In this document: one piece after another, positions 28,346 to 36,676 of the stretch
Position numbering within the stretch: the stretch's first letter is position 1
How the letters are laid out: each line of letters opens with the position of its first letter
The notes under the pieces: model-generated
What the model was told of the DNA's origin: nothing
What the model saw: only the letters and a program-made list of their open reading frames with translations
The model's database searches: none
Program-made: the position numbers and the translations under genes
Sequence record: SRR20825010_1514
Reading direction: 5' to 3' (one strand)
DNA: 37,623 bases

Positions 28346-29821
28346 CTAGTGAAAAATAGAAATAACGACCCTGCGATTCATCGCTCTGCCTAGTGGCGTA
28401 TTGTTATTGCTGACGGGTATTTCTTCTCCGTAACCACGCACTTTAATCCTTTTCTCAGAAACTCCATTTTCGATCAAATAGTCGGCAATAGTTTGGGCGC
28501 GTGATAGCGATAGTCTATTATTCAATTCAGTACCACCTGTATTATCGGTGTGGCCTTCGATGGTTACGAATTTAATTTCATCATTCATGAGGCTGTTTAA
28601 GATGGGACTTAGTTCTTCCTTAATGCGTTCCTTGAGTGCATACTGATTGAGTGAATAATTGAAAGTGGAGGATTGCTCTACTTGGGCTGTTCCTGTTTTG
28701 GCGTGCTGAGTGCTTTTGGCTAAAATTCGCTCTATCGGTAGCTGTGCCATTGGCACATAACTCGGTAGCGTAATTGGCTGCAGGTTGTAGCGTTTCTCTG
28801 TTACTGGTCTAAGGGGTTGAGTAGTTTTTTTGCTGCTCTGTTTTTTTCTTTTTTCTCTCTCTCGTACCAACCCTTTTAGTCTTAATCCAACCTCAAAAGT
28901 GCCTGTATTGGCTGAATTTTTTGCATTTACCGATAAGTCATAGGCCATGCCTATTGATAAATTTCCTTTTTTGAGTTCGATGGAGCTTATTAAATCTCTT
29001 CCCAATAGATACTTAAGTCCTAAACCAATTTTAGTGTCATTCGCTACTTTATATTCACTGGCTAGCCCAATATTGAGTCTGTTTCTTTTGGTGTGATGAA
29101 CCCAGAGGAAATTAGGGGTCACATTCAGTTTTGGGGTTTGGTAAATGGAGAAGGCTAACTCACCCATGTAAGTGGGAGGAACTTTTGATCCAGTATTAAA
29201 AAATGAACTTTCAGGTCTGTTGATATCGAAAATGGAAAAGCCTAAACGGGAGATGGTTTGGCCGTTACTGTTCACAAGCTGATAAAGCACCCCCGTATTG
29301 ATGCGATAATAAGTATCACTCAATTCTTGCAGGCTTTCTCCATTGTTGATGGAAGAATCAAAACCTCTATCGGGGATGTATTGGGTATTCGTCAGAAAAT
29401 TGGCGAAGGTGAATCCTTGCTTATGATGAAAGCCACTAATGCCAAATGACAGGGCTTCACCAGCACCGGACTTAAACTGAAGCGCATAGGAAAGCCCCAC
29501 TTCTTGGACCTCAAAAGTATTTGTACTCCCAGATTGGTCGTTCATTACATTCAAGCCAAAACCACCTTGTACATTCTGGCGGTTCCGCATCAGATGCGGA
29601 TACTTGAATGAAAATGAATTACTGTTAATGCTGAAATCAGGCGCTGTTTCCTGACTTCTGTGAAGCGCATCTGCTGCCCAATAATTATCGGTAGCTACAT
29701 AAGCAGGGTTCAGCCTTTGTTCTGCATAGGGAAGTAATGAAAAATTGAATTGTTGTGAGTAAGCACTTTCGAGCAAGAAAATGCTCAACAGACAGAGTAT
29801 GGCTAGCGACTTTCGATTCAT
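28346..29821 (-). CDS. PorP/SprF-family T9SS beta-barrel fused to a C-terminal OmpA-like peptidoglycan-binding domain
   Basis: Signal peptide, LNPAY, GFGLNVMND, INRP, IGMAYD, GTFEVGL (PorP-like); then IEGHTD...NNRLSLSRA...GYGE...NRRV (OmpA_C). Confidence 0.85.
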   Translation of the reverse strand: MNRKSLAILCLLSIFLLESAYSQQFNFSLLPYAEQRLNPAYVATDNYWAADALHRSQETAPDFSINSNSFSFKYPHLMRNRQNVQGGFGLNVMNDQSGSTNTFEVQEVGLSYALQFKSGAGEALSFGISGFHHKQGFTFANFLTNTQYIPDRGFDSSINNGESLQELSDTYYRINTGVLYQLVNSNGQTISRLGFSIFDINRPESSFFNTGSKVPPTYMGELAFSIYQTPKLNVTPNFLWVHHTKRNRLNIGLASEYKVANDTKIGLGLKYLLGRDLISSIELKKGNLSIGMAYDLSVNAKNSANTGTFEVGLRLKGLVREREKRKKQSSKKTTQPLRPVTEKRYNLQPITLPSYVPMAQLPIERILAKSTQHAKTGTAQVEQSSTFNYSLNQYALKERIKEELSPILNSLMNDEIKFVTIEGHTDNTGGTELNNRLSLSRAQTIADYLIENGVSEKRIKVRGYGEEIPVSNNNTPLGRAMNRRVVISIFH

Positions 29822-29826
29822 TCTAA

Positions 29827-32307
29827 CTACTTCACTAAACTGATTTTACCATTCGTATTGCCATTAAGCTTTACGGGCTGGCCATTTTCATACTGTCCAC
29901 TCACGCTCCAAAAGTAAACTCCACTTGAAACAATCGACCCGTTTACGGTACCATTCCATCCACTATTCATGGCCTCTTGCGGGTCTTTGGTTTGGTATAA
30001 CAAATTGCCCGACCGGTTGAAGATACTGAATTGAAATTCGCTTGGGATTTGGCTAAGAAAAACCACAATGTTGTCGTTCTTACCATCCCCATTAGGCGTA
30101 AATAGATTGGCAACTCCTCCAATTTGGGTCACATTCACCTGCACTTCTAAAGTCTCTGTACAGCCATTTTCACTTGTAATGGTCACCATGTAGGTAATGT
30201 CTGACCGTGGGCTTGCCTGCGGATTTGCAATGTTAGGATTACTAAGACCTACGGAAGGTAGCCATTCATAAGTGGAACCTCCACTGGCCACTAATTCTAC
30301 GCTTTCACCGACATTAATGGTTAAAACAGAGTCTTTGACTGATGGCTTAAAGTCTTCGATTTCTACAAAGGCTGTGTAATTAAAAGAACAGCCTTCTTCA
30401 TTTTCGCCATAGAAAAATACGAGATGAGATTCTGTGGGCACAAAGCTGATGGCATGTCCAGTGCCTAAATCACCTAATTGGGCGGCTGTCCATTGAATGT
30501 TGGTCCAAGCTGCATCTGCTGAGAAAGAAACGGTGTCTCCTGGGCAAACGAGATTGTAAGCAGGCATATTGATCTCTGGAATTTCTGTGTCCTTGGATTG
30601 AATGGTATAAATCAACTGGCCATCGCTACAGTTTTTAAACTCCACTACAGAGCCATAAATGGTATCATCTGAGTCAGCCTGATATTTTAGAATGTCGGAT
30701 TGGCCTAAAGGGCCTCGTTTTGCTGAAACCCAATTCCTTAAAATGGTTGGGGTGCCTAAAGTCAAGGTGCTTCCTTTACATGTTTCAATCACTGAGGCTT
30801 CTAAATTGTCTACTGCGCAGATGGCAAATTGATTGAGAATGCTGGTGTTGACTTTGCAGTTTCCATCACTGAGATAATTGAATGCGTTGTCAGCAGCATT
30901 TACATAGTGAAAGTAATTTCCGGGTGCCAAACCGTTAAAAATGGCCTCTTTGGCATAAAGCTGATTGCCATGATTTGGAAGTCGTGGGTTTGGTTTGTTT
31001 ATGTTAAGGTTGCCGTCATTAATGGCAACGGTGTCTGAATTAGCAATAATTACATCGTAAGACAAAAAATCAATTTTTGACAGCGAATCGTAACCTGTTC
31101 CCCAAACAATTTGGCCTTGTCCTATTCCAGTCTGAACCGCATTGATTTTTGTAGGATTTGAAGCCCCTTGGTTTATTAGTGTGTGTTCATTTTTGAATAA
31201 GAAGATTTCCAAAGAGTCACCAGAAGAGAGCAATTGAGCAAAATCTAGATTTCCATCATTAGAGTAATCTGCAAATTTAACGGTGGAAGCAGTAGGCATA
31301 TTTATAATCACTGTGCCTTTCGGTTCGGCTAAATCATTCAAGAAATAACTAGCGAACTCATTACTTTGGTTACGAGTGCTGAGCCATAAATCTGTTTTTC
31401 CATCAGAATCAAAATCTGCCATTAGGGCATCTAAAACTTCTAAGTCAGGAAGAATTTCGGTAAGGTCAAATGTGTCTTGTTTACTTTTTATCAAGAAGTT
31501 GGACGAGCTGCCCCCGATTGATCTTCCTGTTATGAACATATCTGGGTAACCACTAGTGGTAAAAGCCCCGTGGGCAAAAATATTAATGGACAGATTATCG
31601 AAAGGGAAAGGCTTTTGAAACTCCTGCCAATTAGAAGAGCGGTTCTGAATGTATCGGGTCAATGAATCAGGTCGGTTCGAAGAAGAAATCAGCAGGTCGC
31701 GGAGGCCATCACTGTTCAGGTCCAAATCAAATAGAGCATCGGCTGGTGAATCGCTGAAAAAGTTTGTTTGCTCTTCCCATCCTAGTGTTGTGCCTCTTAA
31801 GTATTTGACTTTTGAATCAGCGTTTATGTAAACCAATTCTAAAAGATTGTCTCCGTTAAAGTCTCGTAGCATAAACTCTTCCGTAAGAATGGAAGCCATT
31901 GGAGTGGGAGATAGCTGAAATTCAAATTCTCCTTGGTTTATGAGTGATGAGAACAGCGTGTCCGTGCCTGCTTTTATACCAGAAAACACAATGTCTAGTT
32001 CTCCATCTTTATCGATGTCAATTACCTCTAAGGCATGAATTTTAAGGTCGAAAAAGGGTAGGCGAATAGATTCAACGAACAAGTCACCCTCATTTTTGAG
32101 AAGAAAAAATTGAGTGGAATCGCTAGTAGTGCTGCTACCATAAACCAAAAGGTCATAGTTTTTATCAGAGTTAAAATCTGCCCAAACCATTTGAGGGTTT
32201 GTTAGAACTGGCAGTTTTAATGAGTCTTGTTTCTGGAATGTTTGAGCACTTGTATGCTTAACGAGAAACAGTAAAAATAGGCAGGCAATCAGTCGTAAAT
32301 TCCTCAT
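29827..32307 (-). CDS. FG-GAP/VCBS-repeat surface protein with Ig-like stalk and type-B T9SS (gliding motility-associated) CTD
   Basis: Seven DxDxDG..D-like repeats (e.g. ADFNSDKNYDL, IDIDKDGELDI, ADFDSDGKTDL); ASGGSTYEWLP...NGC module; CTD NLFTPNGDGKND...IFNRSG...GWNG...GVYFW...GKISLVK. Confidence 0.88.
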   Translation of the reverse strand: MRNLRLIACLFLLFLVKHTSAQTFQKQDSLKLPVLTNPQMVWADFNSDKNYDLLVYGSSTTSDSTQFFLLKNEGDLFVESIRLPFFDLKIHALEVIDIDKDGELDIVFSGIKAGTDTLFSSLINQGEFEFQLSPTPMASILTEEFMLRDFNGDNLLELVYINADSKVKYLRGTTLGWEEQTNFFSDSPADALFDLDLNSDGLRDLLISSSNRPDSLTRYIQNRSSNWQEFQKPFPFDNLSINIFAHGAFTTSGYPDMFITGRSIGGSSSNFLIKSKQDTFDLTEILPDLEVLDALMADFDSDGKTDLWLSTRNQSNEFASYFLNDLAEPKGTVIINMPTASTVKFADYSNDGNLDFAQLLSSGDSLEIFLFKNEHTLINQGASNPTKINAVQTGIGQGQIVWGTGYDSLSKIDFLSYDVIIANSDTVAINDGNLNINKPNPRLPNHGNQLYAKEAIFNGLAPGNYFHYVNAADNAFNYLSDGNCKVNTSILNQFAICAVDNLEASVIETCKGSTLTLGTPTILRNWVSAKRGPLGQSDILKYQADSDDTIYGSVVEFKNCSDGQLIYTIQSKDTEIPEINMPAYNLVCPGDTVSFSADAAWTNIQWTAAQLGDLGTGHAISFVPTESHLVFFYGENEEGCSFNYTAFVEIEDFKPSVKDSVLTINVGESVELVASGGSTYEWLPSVGLSNPNIANPQASPRSDITYMVTITSENGCTETLEVQVNVTQIGGVANLFTPNGDGKNDNIVVFLSQIPSEFQFSIFNRSGNLLYQTKDPQEAMNSGWNGTVNGSIVSSGVYFWSVSGQYENGQPVKLNGNTNGKISLVK

Positions 32308-32309
32308 GA

Positions 32310-33074
32310 TTAATTGTTGTCTCGGTCAAACTTTAATTTTATGGAAAGCTGGCTACGAACGGCCTCATTATTAAAAGTGGCAGGACTCCATTCATTCACC
32401 AATTTGAGAACGCGCAAGGCTTCTTTGTCGAAAGACTCGCCTAGGCTCTCTTGGATTTCAAAATCAGAAATACTTCCATCTGGATTAATGGCAAAAAGTA
32501 CTTTTACATAGCCTTCAAAAATATTTGAATTAGCATTTTCTGGAAACTTGATTTCTCGGTCTAAAAAGTTGTAAAACTCTTCAAAACCCATTTTTGGGCT
32601 GGCCTTTATAAAAATATCCTCCTTCTCAACTTCTTTGTTAAAAGTGGATTCTTTTGCTTTGGTAGTATTCGTCTCTGCTGCCTGTTGTTTGGGTTCAGAA
32701 GAAACTTGCGGCTCGGGCTTGTCTATTACAACGGCATCTTTTTTCGTTATATTCTTTTCAGTGGTAGCACTGTTGGTTGTGTCCAAAGGAATAATCTGTT
32801 CGGGCATTTCCTGAGTCGCTTTTTGCTTTACGGACTTTTGCAATTCCGTATTTACTTTTTCACTCGGAAGTGTAACAAAGTAAATTCCAGCAGCAAGTGG
32901 CAACAAGAGCAGTAAAAACCACATTCTGCTTATTCCAGACTTGGTGATAACATCTTTGGGAAGGTTGCCTTCCAGCATTGTAGCTGAGTTTTCCAGTACA
33001 CTACTAAAGTCCATTTGAGCCTTTATTCGCTCTGAACTTACTTTTTTGCCTTTTTTCAAATATCTATATTTCAT
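32310..33074 (-). CDS. Single-pass membrane protein with TonB C-terminal domain (possible anti-sigma factor)
   Basis: About 50-aa basic N-terminus, TM at aa 51-69, low-complexity linker, then IKFPENA...EGYVKVLFAINPDG...DKEALRV...WSPA...IKLKF. Confidence 0.8.
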   Translation of the reverse strand: MKYRYLKKGKKVSSERIKAQMDFSSVLENSATMLEGNLPKDVITKSGISRMWFLLLLLPLAAGIYFVTLPSEKVNTELQKSVKQKATQEMPEQIIPLDTTNSATTEKNITKKDAVVIDKPEPQVSSEPKQQAAETNTTKAKESTFNKEVEKEDIFIKASPKMGFEEFYNFLDREIKFPENANSNIFEGYVKVLFAINPDGSISDFEIQESLGESFDKEALRVLKLVNEWSPATFNNEAVRSQLSIKLKFDRDNN

Positions 33075-33642
33075 ATCTGTTCGGCTCTAGTTTTTTTCTA
33101 ATCCTCTTTAAAATGCGGTGCGATCTGGTTTTAGCATTGTTCTCCGTAATTCCTAAAATCTCACTTATTTCCTTGAAACTCTTCGACTCAAAGAATCTGA
33201 GTTCAATCAGCTCAAGGTCCCTCGGCTTTAATTTATCCAGTACTTCTGGCAGTAATTTGAGCCCTCTTTGTAAATACAAAGCTTCAGGTTCAAATTCTTC
33301 CACCATTTCCTGAGTCATAAATTCTTCTAAAACCACCGTGCGCTTTTTCTTCTGGGTTCTGAAATAATCGTAGCAGCTGTTGAGTGCCAAACGATAAAGC
33401 CAAGACGAGAAACTCAAGCCTTGAAATTTGTACTTGTTCAGGTTGACCAAGGCTTTGCAAAAAACATTCGAAGTAATGTCTTTAGTCACTTCCTCATCCT
33501 GTACCCTGTACATTATGAGCCTGAAAATTGGCTCATAGTATTTTTCGTAAATGGGCTCAAAATAGCGATGATCCTTCTTGGACCACTCTATCAGCTCGTT
33601 CTCTGAGATCGCATCGGTATTGATGTTTTCTGTGGCTATCAT
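33064..33642 (-). CDS. ECF-type RNA polymerase sigma factor
   Basis: Region 2 DITSNVFCKA...FSSWLYRLALNSCYDYFR; region 4 LRFFESKSFKEISEILGITENNAKTRSHR. Confidence 0.93.
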   Translation of the reverse strand: MIATENINTDAISENELIEWSKKDHRYFEPIYEKYYEPIFRLIMYRVQDEEVTKDITSNVFCKALVNLNKYKFQGLSFSSWLYRLALNSCYDYFRTQKKKRTVVLEEFMTQEMVEEFEPEALYLQRGLKLLPEVLDKLKPRDLELIELRFFESKSFKEISEILGITENNAKTRSHRILKRIRKKLEPNRYEI

Positions 33643-33764
33643 TCTCTCAGAAGCTTTGCATAGTTTTAGAATTTTGACTGTAAAACGCCATGGTTGAAAA
33701 AAGATACACTTTTAAATGAATAGATTATAGTTAAGCCTCTGCACTTAAAAAGAAAGGTTTAAAT

Positions 33765-33792
33765 TAAACCAATTCATTATCAATCGCGTTGT
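33765..33792 (+). promoter_or_regulatory. Candidate ECF sigma promoter for the vWA-ATPase operon
   Basis: TAAAC-N17-CGTTGT ending 10 nt before the ATG at 33803. Confidence 0.4.
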
Positions 33793-33802
33793 CAAGGCAT
33801 TC

Positions 33803-34900
33803 ATGAAAGGATATCGATTTTCAAAATACATTCCGCAAAAAACGGCTGGGCAATCTGCCTTTGAAAACCTACTGAATATTTTCTTACAGTTGATTAGTAT
33901 TACAGGAGGCGATGCTGGTGAGGCCCTCAGTTGGTTGACGAATTTAGATAAGCAATACAACATCACAAATGGTAATTATGGCATCGGTGATTTTATTGAA
34001 GACTTGAAAGATAAAGGCTATCTGACCGAGCAAAACAGAGACGGTAAGTTTCAGGTGACCGATAAAACGGGTCAGGAAATCAGAAAATCTTCTTTGGAAG
34101 AAATTTTTGGAAAGCTGAAAAAGTCAGGAAAAGGGCAACACAAGACTTCCTTTTCAGGGATAGGAGATGAGACGGGCACCGACAGACGTCCCTTCGAGTT
34201 TGGTGATTCTCTTCAGCAAATCGCCATGACGGACTCTATTCGCAACGCGCAAATCAATAACGGTTTCGGAGAGTTTAAGCTGACCGAAAATGACTTAGAA
34301 GTCATTGAGACAGAGTATAAAACTCAGACTTCAACCGTGTTGATGATTGATATTTCCCATTCCATGATTTTGTATGGAGAAGACAGAATTACGCCAGCTA
34401 AAAAAGTGGCCATGGCCTTGGCCGAACTTATCAAAACCAAATACCCAAAAGACACACTGGATGTGATTGTATTTGGGAACGATGCTTGGCAGATTGAAAT
34501 CAAAGATTTGCCTTACTTGCAAGTTGGGCCTTACCATACCAATACCATTGCTGGGCTAGAACTGGCCATGGATATTTTAAGAAGAAGGAAAAACGCCAAC
34601 AAACAAATTTTCATGATTACAGACGGCAAACCCACCTGTATGAAAGTTGGAATTAAATATTACAAAAACGCCTTTGGGCTCGACCCAAAGATTTTTAATA
34701 AAACACTGAACTTGGCGAGCCAGTGTAAGAGATTACAAATTCCTATCACCACTTTTATGATTGCGTCAGATCCATATCTGAAGGAGTTTGTGAAGGAATT
34801 TACCGCAGCCAATAACGGCAATGCCTATTACAGTAGCCTCAAAGGCTTGGGGCACGTTATTTTTGAAGACTTTAAACGCAATCGCAGAAAACGATTTTAA
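33803..34900 (+). CDS. von Willebrand factor A (MIDAS) domain protein
   Basis: MIDISHSM (DxSxS), HTNT, MITDGKPT. Confidence 0.9.
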   Translation: MKGYRFSKYIPQKTAGQSAFENLLNIFLQLISITGGDAGEALSWLTNLDKQYNITNGNYGIGDFIEDLKDKGYLTEQNRDGKFQVTDKTGQEIRKSSLEEIFGKLKKSGKGQHKTSFSGIGDETGTDRRPFEFGDSLQQIAMTDSIRNAQINNGFGEFKLTENDLEVIETEYKTQTSTVLMIDISHSMILYGEDRITPAKKVAMALAELIKTKYPKDTLDVIVFGNDAWQIEIKDLPYLQVGPYHTNTIAGLELAMDILRRRKNANKQIFMITDGKPTCMKVGIKYYKNAFGLDPKIFNKTLNLASQCKRLQIPITTFMIASDPYLKEFVKEFTAANNGNAYYSSLKGLGHVIFEDFKRNRRKRF

Positions 34901-34901
34901 C

Positions 34902-36431
34902 ATGAGCTATTACAAATTGACCTCTGATCAATTATTGAAGATAAATACCCTTGCTGCTTTGAAAAAGGCGGGTTATCAAAGTAAATCTGTAAAGGATGAA
35001 CTTCGTGATAACCTCATCAAAAAACTGGTCAACAAAGAACCTACTTTTGAAGGCATTTGGGGTTATGAAGACACCGTAATTCCTGATGTGGAACGCGCCA
35101 TTCTTTCTAAGCATAACATGAATTTGTTGGGCTTAAGGGGGCAAGCCAAAACTAGAATTGCCCGCCAAATGACCCTTCTTTTAGACGAGTATGTGCCCGT
35201 CATTGAAGGCTCTGAATTGAATGATGATCCGTTGAATCCCATCACTAAATTTGGGATAGAGAAAGTGAAGGAAATGGGAGATAAAACGCCTGTTGCTTGG
35301 CTTCATCGCAGCGATCGTTATTCTGAAAAATTGGCTACGCCCGATGTGTCCATTGCGGATTTAATTGGCGATGTTGACCCGATCAAAGCTGCTTCTTTAA
35401 AATTGCCTTATTCAGATGAGCGTGTGATCCATTACGGCATGGTACCGAGGTCGCATAGAGGCATTTTTGTCATCAATGAATTGCCAGATTTACAAGCCAG
35501 AATTCAGGTGGCACTTTTCAATATTCTGCAAGAAGGCGATATCCAAATCAGAGGTTTCAAACTGAGACTTCCTTTAGATATTCAGTTTGTGTTTACCGCA
35601 AACCCTGAAGATTATACCAACCGAGGCAGCATTGTAACTCCGTTGAAAGATCGTATCGATAGTCAGATTATTACCCATTATCCAAAAACTTTGGAAATAG
35701 GAAAACAGATTACGGTGCAAGAGGCGGACATTAAGGAGGCGCAGAAAGAGAAAATTGTCTTGAATGAAATAGCGCAAGACCTCATCGAGCAAGTGGCGAT
35801 TGAAGCCCGAAACAGTGAGTATGTAGATGAGAAAAGTGGAGTTTCGGCACGACTGACCATTTCTGCTTACGAAAATTTATTGAGCGCTGCGGAAAGAAGG
35901 GCTTTAATGAATGGAGAAACGCAAACCTACGTTCGTATTTCCGACTTTGTAGGGGTAATTCCTGCCATTACCGGAAAGGTAGAATTGGTGTATGAGGGTG
36001 AACAAGAAGGGCCTGGAATTGTAGCGCACAACTTGGTGGGCAAGGCCATTCGGACACAGTTTTTAGATTACTTCCCAAACCCAGACGAAAAGAAGAAGGA
36101 CAAAGGAGAAAAAACAGAGAATCCTTACAAAGCCATTATCAATTGGTTCGGAGAGGGGAGTTCGATCGACTTACTGAACGATCTTTCTAACGAAGCCTAT
36201 GAGAAAGCGCTTTTATCTGTGCCTGGTTTAGCGGATTTAGTAAAGAATAAGTATCCTAAGAAATCTAAAGACGAGCAACTGTTTCTAATGGAGTTTGTGC
36301 TTCATGGCTTGGCCGAATATAGCAAACTGAGCAAGTCTGCTTTAGATACTGGCACCCGCTTTAAAGATCTACTCAGCAGCATGTTCTCCATTGATGATAT
36401 GGAAGGCTTTGATGAGGATGAGCTGAGTTAA
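34902..36431 (+). CDS. AAA+ ATPase, Mg-chelatase/MoxR-like clade
   Basis: GLRGQAKT (Walker A variant), FVINELPDL (Walker B variant), FTANPEDYTNRG, PLKDRI, SGVSAR. Start at MSYYKL. Confidence 0.88.
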   Translation: MSYYKLTSDQLLKINTLAALKKAGYQSKSVKDELRDNLIKKLVNKEPTFEGIWGYEDTVIPDVERAILSKHNMNLLGLRGQAKTRIARQMTLLLDEYVPVIEGSELNDDPLNPITKFGIEKVKEMGDKTPVAWLHRSDRYSEKLATPDVSIADLIGDVDPIKAASLKLPYSDERVIHYGMVPRSHRGIFVINELPDLQARIQVALFNILQEGDIQIRGFKLRLPLDIQFVFTANPEDYTNRGSIVTPLKDRIDSQIITHYPKTLEIGKQITVQEADIKEAQKEKIVLNEIAQDLIEQVAIEARNSEYVDEKSGVSARLTISAYENLLSAAERRALMNGETQTYVRISDFVGVIPAITGKVELVYEGEQEGPGIVAHNLVGKAIRTQFLDYFPNPDEKKKDKGEKTENPYKAIINWFGEGSSIDLLNDLSNEAYEKALLSVPGLADLVKNKYPKKSKDEQLFLMEFVLHGLAEYSKLSKSALDTGTRFKDLLSSMFSIDDMEGFDEDELS

Positions 36432-36454
36432 GCTTTATTAAAAAATCAAATTAA

Positions 36455-36676
36455 TTATAAAGGCTCTTCGGAGCCTTTTTTTGTGTTTGCCCATTGCAAT
36501 TCTATCCAGTCAATAGAAGAGCTGTCCGTTGTTTTCTTGGTATTCTGAGAAGACAAAGCCGCTTGGAAGTCTAAAAAATCCAGTGCACGAATGAGTGCCT
36601 CTTCTTTTGAAAGCGGCTTTCGATTATGAGTTGGTTTCTTATCCTCAAAACTGTTGTAAGTCAGTAACTTCGACAT
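36455..36676 (-). CDS. Small hypothetical protein
   Basis: 73-aa ORF preceded by TACTTTTA 4 nt before the ATG; its last codons run through the opposite-strand terminator. Confidence 0.55.
   Translation of the reverse strand: MSKLLTYNSFEDKKPTHNRKPLSKEEALIRALDFLDFQAALSSQNTKKTTDSSSIDWIELQWANTKKGSEEPL
36459..36482 (+). terminator. Intrinsic terminator with C(UUCG)G tetraloop
   Basis: AAAGGCTC-TTCG-GAGCCTTT followed by TTTT. Confidence 0.9.

Noticed and set aside
1269-34901. Longer upstream starts in the track for gltX (1269), ferredoxin (4105), clpB (13857), the small membrane protein (21954), GH3 (21920) and the AAA+ ATPase (34821)
   Set aside because: The extensions overlap promoters or neighbouring genes; downstream ATGs match family N-termini or signal peptides.
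2594-35860. Many 60-130 aa antisense or alternative-frame ORFs in the track (e.g. 3182-3574, 9473-9835, 12365-12715, 14377-14661, 33745-33966)
   Set aside because: They lie mostly or wholly within well-supported genes, have shadow-ORF composition and show no recognisable motifs.
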